Shown here piece after piece: positions 54,372 to 64,000 of a stretch of DNA of 64,000 nt (position 1 is the first letter of the stretch; the number at the start of each line of letters is the position of its first letter). Source of the DNA: Felis catus (taxonomy: Eukaryota); NCBI RefSeq assembly GCF_018350175.1, contig NC_058368.1, forward strand, positions 39,992,001 through 40,056,000. Direction: 5' to 3'. The position numbers and the translations under genes were made by a program. Under the pieces are notes generated by a model. It made no database searches. It was not told the DNA's origin and worked only from the letters and a program-made list of their open reading frames with translations.

Positions 54372-56249
54372 TGCAAAGTCAATTCTTCTTGAATTTCCAG
54401 CCTGCTGGCTTGCACTGTGGATTTGGGGTTTGCCAGCCCTTGCAATCACATAAGCCAATCCTTAAGAAGAAAATAAAAAAGTCTCTTCCTTCCCTTCTCT
54501 CCATCTAATGATTCTGTTGCCCTGGAGAATCCTAACTAACACAATGAACTTGCGTGATTTGAGAGTTTCACCAGAGGCAGTTCACTGTGTTGTAAACTGA
54601 TATTGTAAACTGTTTTCCAAAATGGTAACATATGCTTACACCCTGAACAACAGTATATGAGAGTCCCTTCTGCTCCCCAATCTCACCTATCCCTGCTATC
54701 CTATTACTGTTATTTTAAAAAATATTGTCAGGTTGATGGATGTGAAATGGTATTGCCTACTGCCTTACAGTGCATTTGTTTCATACCAAGAAAAATCAGA
54801 TAGGTAAGGATTATTGTGCCATGAAAAACAAACAAACAAACAAACAAATAATAAGGGAGAATGACATTAAATTATTCATATATCATTGTATTCAGGGTAA
54901 ATATTTCTTTGGCATTTAATGTGTGGAATAGTATTAACCACTTAGGAATCTTACAAACTCATGAGGCTTGCCTATGGTATTGTTGAGATTTAGAGCCAGC
55001 CCACATCACTCATATTGGAACACTCTGTCAGTGGCTCTGGCTGTTTCTTCTAGATAGCAGAGGTTGAAAGAGCTAGGACGCAGCATTAGCAGTGATATTT
55101 GGTAATATTGGTGTGACAATGGAAATGTGTTATAGGAAGCAGTAGGAATGAAGTACTGGATCACAGAAAGGTCGAGAATAGAGACAAAGTTTGGGGGGCA
55201 TTTCTTATTGGGATTAATAGTTGAGGTTAAGAAATTGACAAAAAGGAGGGTGTAGAAAGAAAAGATGATGAAGAGAAGAATATAGTGTCAGAGAAACCTA
55301 GAGACAAAAATGTTTCCCAGAGAAACAGTTTTCTTCATTTTCTGCTCCAGTACTGCACATTTGTCTCCACTTTTCCACATCTGTTCAAGTGTGCACCTGT
55401 CTCACTCTTTCAGAAACTTATTGTTGGGCAAGAATATCTAATATTATTACCAGGTGAAGGAAGATTAATATGGTAAAATTTCTAACTTTATCCATTTTAT
55501 ACACAAGGAATATCTGAATACTAAATTAATACAAATCAAGAGGATGAATTTCTAACATATTTTTTAAAAGTTATCAGACCAACTAGGAGATATATTCTGA
55601 GAGTGAGCATTTCCTGTTTCTCCTAAACTCATCACTTAGATGCTTGCCTTGTTATTAATTTGAACAATAATTTTGCCTATATGTACTGCAAAGGATATAA
55701 GAAACAGAACTACACATGTTTTTTGATCCATTTTAGATGATATAAAGGGTTTATTGCAGAGCTAAGAAATCCCAATGGGAGTATCAGGGACTAGTTCTGG
55801 AGCAGCCTTTTAATTTTAAACATTTTATCTCAAATTATTTCCGTAATGAGGTAAGGCTTAAACAAAAGTGTAAGCTTTGCAAAGTATAGACCAATTTCTC
55901 TGACTAGTCAACAAAAGAACAACTTGTTTTGCCTGCAAGTTTTTCCTCAAAATTGTATCTAACCCAGAGTGATTGCCTTTCTGTTCATGTAGACTTGCTG
56001 TTAGTTTTTCTCCATTCGAAACAAACAAACAAACAAACAAACAAAAACACAATACTTCACTGTTTTGCAACAGCCTTGAAAATAATGAATTCTGCTTTGG
56101 TCACTGCTTGAAGAAGAAACTCTTACCTCCAAGTCATCCATACTGACTCTATACTCACCAACTCCTATGAATATCTGTGCCTTTTTTGCTCTGGGTGCTC
56201 AGGTTTAGGTGAGGTCCTTCCCTTCAAGAAAGCAAGTCTTTTTTTTGCA

Positions 56250-56690
56250 CATACCTTCTGATCTCACATGTATGTGAATCTAAAACAAAAAAAATAAACA
56301 AACAAATGAACACAAGTGCATAGACACAGAAGACAAATTTGTGGTCACCAGAGGTGGGCAGTTAGGAGTGTGGGTGAAATCGATGAAGGTGGTCAAAAGG
56401 TACAAATTTACATTTATAAAATGAGTACGTCATGGGGATGCAATGTACAGCATGCACATGTAGTTAATAATACTGTATTGTATATTTGCAAAGTGCTAAG
56501 AAAGTAGATACTAAACGTCTCATCACACAAAAAATGTGTAACTCTGTGCAGTGATAGAGGTTAACTAAACTTATTATGGTAATCATTTCACAATACATAC
56601 AAATATCAAATCATTATGTTGCACATTGCATTTTACAACTGAAAGTAATATGATGTTATATGTCAATTATATCTCAATTTATAAAAAAGA
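56250..56690 (+). mobile_element. L1 3' end (L1MA/carnivore-type) with A tail
   Basis: ggtggtcaaaaggtacaa, aatgtacagcatg..tagttaataatactgtattg, atgttatatgtcaattatatctcaat. Confidence 0.92.
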
Positions 56691-57209
56691 AAGCAGGTCA
56701 TTTCAAATCCATTTTTTTAAGCTCAGGTTAACTTCTCTCTTTAAGTATGTGGGCTCAGTAGCAGATGGTGTATTTATTTGGAACACTTTAGCATAGCCAG
56801 ACATCACAATGCTTTTGTGAGTTATCTAAGTTTTTTTTTCCAATGTGAGTAAATCTTTTAATTTTTTTTTGATAAAAGCAGTTATACACAAATATTTCAT
56901 CCAGTGAACATCACACTTGAATGAGCTTAAGTAATCATCTCTACTTGCTTTTTCAGATTCCCATTTCCAGTTAATATTCTTTGGCCAAAGGAGATTTAGA
57001 AATTCTGTGTATGAGAGACTTCATCTTACCAGTATTTATGAGAAGTTGGAATCTTAGGAACATGTCTTAAAGTAGATTTTTAATAGCAGGCAGTGCTTAC
57101 ATTGACTGTTACAGATTAATTAAAATAGCAGTTTTTCCAAAGCTGTTTTTATGCACAGTGTATATGATATTAAGAAAACACCAACTTTCTATATTAAACC
57201 ATCATATTA

Positions 57210-57880
57210 ATTCTTTGCTTTTCACAGTGGCTTCGTCGACTGATGGAGATTAGAGGTAGCTAAAACATAAGGCCAGCCTAATGCCACTTTGGCATTCAGA
57301 CATTCTCAGAAAATGATTACTGCATTAATTATAATCCTTTATTTGCAGTGAAAACACTCCTAAGTAAGTTACTAAATCAAAAGAGAAAACTTCTGGAAGT
57401 CTCAGATACCCATGGAGACCACTATAATGAATCTGAGCCTTGGACACCAAAGAGGAAAATAACATGAAGACTTTGTTTCTTTGTTTCTCTTTCATTCTGC
57501 ATATCTGTTGCAGCCTCCCTTACTGCATTTCATTCTTCTACACGTAGAAGATTTGGTTGTCAGCATTTCTCATTTCCACACCTTTGTCTTTTCTTTTCTA
57601 GTTCCCAATTTGGGGAAAAATATGGAGGAAATCTGATTATTTGCATTTGGGTAACATGCCTATTGTTGGAGCAATCAACTATATCTAAGAAAAGACTGCA
57701 TCAATTAACCTACTTAGAATTTAATGCCAACCACTAGACTAATCTCATTGACTAGACAACGGGAGAGAATAAGAATATGAATTCCCTAATTATCACTACT
57801 CAATTGGAATCAGGAACTGGACATTTCTCAGGATAAAGAGTCCTAGGATCGTTTGTCAGAAGAAAGGGGATCATCATCCA
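57210..57880. mobile_element. MaLR (MLT1-like) LTR fragments
   Basis: tttctctttcattctgca, aatctgatt..tttgggtaacatgcctatt..gagcaatcaactat. Confidence 0.5.
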
Positions 57881-58254
57881 CAATTCAAATGAAATGTATC
57901 TACTATAACTAACTATACCATTTTTGTATAGCCAGAATTTGCTTAACTGACACATTGAATCTCAGACAACATACCTACCAAGGGAAAGAAATGTTTCCAC
58001 ACAATGTACTCCTGACTGTGTGACATTTGGCAAGTGATAAAATTTGCTGTGCTTCTTTTTGCGTAGCTGCAAGAAGAAAAGACAACACCTATTTAATGAA
58101 GCTGCTGAATGACATAATACATGAAAAGGAAATAAAGAATTGAAAACAATATTGTATAATTAAAATTCTGTTGCAAGTTTACTAACACTATCAAAGTTTT
58201 GTTTACAAAAGAAATTTAATGTTTGCCATTTTTTAATGAAGTCTAGAATACTGA

Positions 58255-58510
58255 TTATTAAATTAGGAGAGCAACTTCTAAATGCAGATTACCTGGATGC
58301 TGAGTATTGTTATGTAACTTAGATGTTGTAAGTCAGAGGATGTTCATTGCTTAAGTTACTTTATTTCTTTATGTCTCAGTTTTCCCTTTCGAATAAGTGG
58401 GAGAAGAATACAACTTTATAGAGTGGTGAAGATCATATTACTTAGAATATTCTAAGTAATAAGTTATTACTTAGAATAATATTTGATGTACAATAATTTC
58501 TTAATAAAAG
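58255..58510 (+). mobile_element. MIR fragment
   Basis: aagttacttt..tctttatgtctcagttttcc..catagagtggtgaagat-like core. Confidence 0.6.
58436..58478. repeat. Perfect 26-bp palindrome plus a third arm (direct-inverted-direct)
   Basis: tattacttagaat|attctaagtaata, then ag, then ttattacttagaata. Confidence 0.92.
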
Positions 58511-59161
58511 CACAACAGACACCCCATATTTTGTTTGCTTCTTTTTACAGTGGTTGCATTTTTTCCTATTTACAGTAGATCTGTTTATAGTAGAACTTTT
58601 AGGTTATTTCTCAAATATATTTTCTCAGAAAAAGAAAAACATAAAATTTGCAAACTCACTAATTTTTGTGTCATCACCACATCTAATTTTTGACATCTAA
58701 ATCCAATTAACAGGAAGTAATATTTAATATTTTTATACTGTATAGAGTCTCAAAAGTTTTAGGATAAAGTATCCATTCCAGAAATATTGACACTAATTTC
58801 TTGAGCAGAGCACAGAGTTTATGGAGACCATTGTTTGCTAGATTTTTGTCATATATCATTGTGGACATTCCTTAATGATCTTTTATAGTCTTTACTCCTC
58901 TCATTGTAAATTGTCATATGTCAAGTTTATGTCAGCATATAGATATTCACATAGAGTCAGAAATTTATGGATAATTCTCATGGGAGCAGAATAAGTCATA
59001 ACTATGTAGTAGATAACCTGTCATTTAAGATTAATGATAATACAAAATTGAACAGAATAATATTCGTTTTATCACTCTGAAATATAGTATATAATATTCA
59101 TATGATAATCAAGTGAAGACTTTTCAGTATTAAAATGTTTAAATAGAAAATAGAGAAAAAA

Positions 59162-59372
59162 GGGGCACCTGGGTGGTTCAGTTGGTTAAGCGTCAACTTC
59201 GCCTCAGGTCATGATCTCACAGTTCCTGGGTTTGAGTCCCGCGTTGGGCTCTGTGCTAAAAGCTCAGAGCCTGGAGCTTGCTTCAGATTCTGTGTCTCCC
59301 TCTCTCTCTGCTCCTCCCCCACTCATGCTCTATCTCTCTCTAACAAATAAATAAACATTAAAAAATTAAAAA
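59162..59372 (+). mobile_element. CanSINE (older)
   Basis: tRNA-like head and CT repeat; the TSD aaaatagag flanks the whole dimer. Confidence 0.93.
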
Positions 59373-59374
59373 TA

Positions 59375-59612
59375 GGGGCGCCTGGGTGGCGCAGTCGGTT
59401 AAGCGTCCGACGTCAGCCAGGTCACGATCTCGCGGTCCGTGAGTTCGAGCCCCTCGTCAGGCTCTGGGCTGATGGCTCGGAGCCTGGAGCCTGTTTCCGA
59501 TTCTGTGTCTCCCTCTCTCTCTGCCCCTCCCCCGTTTATGCTCTGTCTCTGTCTCAAAAATAAATAAACTCTAAAAAATAAATAAATAAATAAAATATAT
59601 TAAAAAAAAAAA
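59375..59612 (+). mobile_element. Young felid CanSINE inserted in the A-tail of an older CanSINE
   Basis: Near-consensus head immediately after the tail of the 59162-59372 copy. Confidence 0.95.
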
Positions 59613-62600
59613 GAAAATAGAGGAAAAGGTTATAATGAGTACTTGGGTTTTTCAAAATTTTTTCTTTTTTTTAATTAATGAGTTTTTATACCTTTTGTTT
59701 ACCCATTTAGGACACAATTAATTTTCACTGGGCTTTTATGGCAAATTCAAGTTTAAAAAATGTTACAATTAAAATTTTAACACTGTTCTTTAATACTGTG
59801 GATTTTATCAAAATTAAACATTGAATGATCTGTTATCATAAAACCCGACAACAAAGCATTAAAATATTTTTCTGTATTCAACTTTTCATGAGAAGATTTT
59901 CATTTATATAGAGTGAACAAAATATTAAATCAGACTAGATTGCAAGAAATGCCAAATAAAAAAGAGCAAATTGTATAGAGATGATATCAGGAAGGCTAAA
60001 AGGTATATAGCTTTAAAAAGAGGTAGAGGAGGAGCAAACCAAAAGTTATGACTTTAATAATAAACAGTATTCATAAAATCTGGAAAGACAAATTCCCAAG
60101 ACTTGAAGATTTTGAACTCTTTAAATAAAAAGAACCTCATAATGTGTACCTTAAAATATTGAAGATATTTATAGGTGAGATATTTTGTAACCTATATATT
60201 TAAGAACAAAACAAGGCATTAACAGAAGGAAACTAGAAAATAAAATGTAAACTTGCAGCTTTTATAAAATAAAACAGTATTATTTCATTTTATTCATTTG
60301 TAATCAAATTCAATGGTAAGGATTTCTGTGTTATAATCAACAGTCTTTGTGAAGAAGGAATTAGCCTAAATTTTTAATTTGAAGATAAAATTATAGGTAG
60401 CAATCATTCAAATTTGTATTGACTTCTAGGAGGGCTTTGATTACATCACCAGAAAATTCTGGAGAATTAGGAAGATAAGAATATTAGGCAAATTCATATA
60501 TTAGTAACCCCCAACTGATTGGAGGATAATGTTAACCAGATGGCAATGACATATCTGGAATTAGGCTGAATCAGTGATATTCCCAAGAGGTCAGACCTGG
60601 TTTCATTTTTTAAAAATATCTTTTTGATGACCTGGTTGAAATAGTTTGAAGCTTGGATTCTTACATTAAAAAAATATTCTTGTGGTCATCTGTGTATGTG
60701 TTTATTTGTGTGTGTGTTTGTGTGTATGTGTGTTAAACAAATATACTTTTAAAGCCTAAGCTTATATAATCCAAATATTCTTATAAATATCTTTTGAAAA
60801 TTATGCTCATTATTCTAATAGTTAATAATTACATATAAGAAAGTAAAGTCCTCTCAAATGTTGAAATAATACAATAAAAATACAGTCAACAAGGAACTTA
60901 TAAACCCATACCTTTATAATGTGGTTTAACTAAGTAATTTTAGTTTGCACTCAATCATGACTTTAAGTTACTTGACCAAAAATTAGGAAAAGCCTTAGGC
61001 AATGTACTGAATATTACATTTTTATCACTCAACATCCTGATACCCTGGAGATTTCCTAGTTGTAATGAGTTCATAAAGTCAACTACAAGATGTTCTTTCC
61101 TTCAAATGATTAAATTCTGTACCCTAACTCTAAATATACTTTTTCTGTACCTTATAATTATTTGTATGACAAGTTTTGATGACTTTTTCTAAACTAAGCC
61201 AAGTGATTCAAAACCCACTTTAAATGCCACACAATATTCACAGATTAAAGAAAAAAAAAACTAAAATTGACTATAAAGAGAGAAGCTTTGTAAAATGATT
61301 ATTTACTGTTCTATTGTCCTAATCATTGGGGCAAGAAATTTTGTGTTATATGTAAGTTTAATTTTTACACTTTGTCCCTGATTGAATATAAAGGAAACAG
61401 CTTTGATAAAACTGATCAGACATACCTGCAATGGAAAGTGTTGAAACAAATCAATGAAATAGAATCTTGGCACAATCAAGGTTTTTAAGCAAAGGTGACA
61501 CACACAGCAAAACAACAGATAATAGCTTATTCCTTTGTTGGCAGATGCATTCTAGAACATTCTTGAATGAGACTAGTTTCCCCAGTGGTGTAATGATGAT
61601 GTGTGAATAAGTAAGCATTGCTGCTTTATCATAATCTTCTTTTTACGTGTACATACATATAAACTAAACAAAGAAAATTTCCATTCAATACAGTCAGAAA
61701 GCAAAATGTCTTCGAACCTTGAGATTGTCCTTGTGAAATGATTGCCTCTGGAAAGAAAAGCAAAGAAAGCAAACACACAGTGCCCATTAAAACATTTTGG
61801 ACTGAATTGAATTGTCTATTGCACACTCAATAAATCTTTTATAAGTTTATGTCTTTTGGTTTCAAAACACTTTAATTTACTGTAAAAAGTAATAGGATGC
61901 CTGTCATCAATATATGATTTGTAATGCCTTAATAAAGGGCACAATGTCTTATATCCAACTTTTGTGGACAGAGTCTAAAGTTTAATGTGCCCTTACAATC
62001 ACACTATTGTGGTGAAAGCTGTATACTTTCATACATGAAATAATAAATATTACATGTATAATATTTATTGTTCTGGATCCCTTTACTATTTTTTTCTGAA
62101 ACAAGTAAATGTGTCTTATTGAGGGCCATCTTTGAAAAATGTCACTATTCTTACTATGTAATGTATGTTCGGCACCACTTCAATAAAGTTTGGGTACAAC
62201 AGAGACCCATCTCTTTCCTTAACATTCATAATTAATTTCCTATGGTGAAAAAAATGCCAGTGGCAATAAACAAGATGAAACCTGAAAATTTCACATATAC
62301 GCAATTTGGATTGTTTTATTTTGTGCTAATTAATGCAGGCACGCAGGAATGTAACCTTTATTGTTAAATAAATGAGCTTCCTGGAAAAGTGCTTTGGTCA
62401 ATGGTAATAAACCCAATACAGGACATTTTCCTGAGTCATTTATTTTTCATTTTGGATGCTTTATAATCTATTATTACTACCACTGATGAGTTTGCAATAT
62501 GATGTATATTTAAAAGACTTAATGCAAGGTTGTTGTATATAATAACTATTGCTAAAGTCAGTAGCACTCATATGCTGGTATAGAATAATTGATTATAAAT

Positions 62601-63119
62601 CTTTAAACTAAGAAGCAACAGTTCTACATGGATATAAATACCATTAAACATTCCACCTTATAGTCACAAAAATACATCTCAGAATTGGGGAATTTATTTT
62701 TAAGTTCAGAGAAAATCTTCTAACTTATTCTGAGAGTTTAAACACTACAACATCATTATATTCACCAGTATACTCCAAACCCTAAATGGGTCCCACAAGT
62801 TTGATAGGTTTTTTATTAATATCTGAAGTACCTTTTTTTAGTAAAATATCTTATCTTAGAAATGGGCAGATTACAATGAAACTTGAACATTTGCTGATTA
62901 TCAAAATTAAAGTTTTCTGTATTTCTCATTACTTTAGGTATCAAATATAAATGTCATAGATTACCATACTATTTGCCCTATTTTTTAAAATTACTAACAT
63001 CTTCCTTTTCCATATACTCATGAAATGCTGTGTTAATGTTAACCTGAATGTCTTATTAAGTACATTAAGTAAATGAGAAGAAGTCTCTATCTAGATTGTT
63101 TACTATAGCTTTATAATAA

Positions 63120-63845
63120 GACAGATAATGTAAATTCTATAGTTGTGTTCTTTAAAAGTTATTTTGTAAGTTGGTTAGACTATTCTAAGTCCTGTGCATT
63201 TTCACATGAAGTAGAGTGTCGAGTTTTATAAAACATTCCTCTAAGATAATGATTGGGATTGTACTGAATCTATAGATAAATTGGCATGACAACTGGTCTC
63301 TTAAAAATATTGATTTTCCTGATTCATGAACAAGAGTTATCCCTTCATTTATCTGTCTTCTTTATTTTTTCATTTTTTTAATTTTTGGTATGCATTTGTC
63401 AGATTTACCTCTAAGAATTTCATAATGGCTGTACTATCATGAATGCTATTGTTTTGGTTTTCCAGTTATTCACTGTTAATATGGAGAAACCTAACTGATT
63501 ATACATATTGGCTTTCTATCCTAAAAATAGCTAAACTCACTTATTTGTGCCCTTTTTGTAGATCTTTTGAGATTCCTAAGAATTTCCATGTAGATTACAA
63601 TGTAATCTGCAAGTAGACAGCTGCTTTCCCATCTGGGTTCTTCTTGGGCTTGCTTACTGCGCTAACTAGAACCCCCATTATAACATGAAACAGAAATGGT
63701 GAGAGTTGTTAACCTGTCTGATTTTTCAGCTTAAAGTGAAAGCAGTTATTCTTTCCCCACTAAGTATGATTTTAGCCATAGGCTTTTCAGAGATGCTATT
63801 TATCAGTCGCAGAGGCTCGTAGTTTGCTGAGTTTTTAAAATCAAA
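63120..63845 (-). mobile_element. Old L1 ORF2 fragment, antisense
   Basis: gattgggattgtactgaatctatagataaattgg, cccactaagtatgat. Confidence 0.85.
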
Positions 63846-63853
63846 AATAGATT

Positions 63854-64000
63854 GGGGTGCCTGGGTGGCTCAGTTGGTTAAGCATCCGACTTCGGCTCAG
63901 GTCATGATCTCACAATTTGTGGGTTGGAGCCCTGCATCGGGCCCTGTGCTGACAGCTTGGAGCCTGGAGCCTGCTTCGGTTTCTGTGTCTCCGTCTCTCT
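63854..64000 (+). mobile_element. CanSINE, truncated by the window end
   Basis: Head ggggtgcctgggtggctcagttggttaagc. Confidence 0.93.

Larger units (their letters stand above)
53504..54543 (+). mobile_element. MLT2-type (ERVL) solo LTR, interrupted by two SINEs
   Basis: Starts tgtgagagttaattttatatgtcaa-like and ends gattctgtt..ctggagaatcctaactaacaca, matching recalled MLT2 termini. Confidence 0.85.

Noticed and set aside
1..64000. Prokaryotic-type systems (CRISPR arrays, operons, rRNA)
   Set aside because: The sequence is mammalian; I saw no regularly spaced repeat-spacer array, dense ORFs or rRNA-like sequence.

Overview
AT-rich, repeat-dense mammalian DNA. The ~30 carnivore tRNA-derived CanSINEs include five near-consensus felid-type copies, so this is very probably a cat-family genome, in an intergenic region or a large intron. 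I find no credible protein-coding exon: the ORF track entries are short and most fall inside SINE, L1 or LTR sequence. Roughly half of the window is interspersed repeat (CanSINE, old L1/HAL1, L2, MIR, ERVL-MaLR and ERV1 LTRs). Two things stand out. (1) A ~550 bp insert interrupting a HAL1 element (~6420-6965, + strand) gives a frameshifted translation colinear with the N-terminal part of the bornavirus L polymerase, making it a candidate endogenous bornavirus-like L element (EBLL). (2) A minus-strand ERV 5' end (LTR, primer-binding site and leader with splice donors, ~47760-49180) holds the only non-SINE CpG-rich patch in the window and looks like a promoter. Repeat family names and the viral comparison come from my recall of consensus sequences, not from a search, and boundaries of old repeats are approximate.
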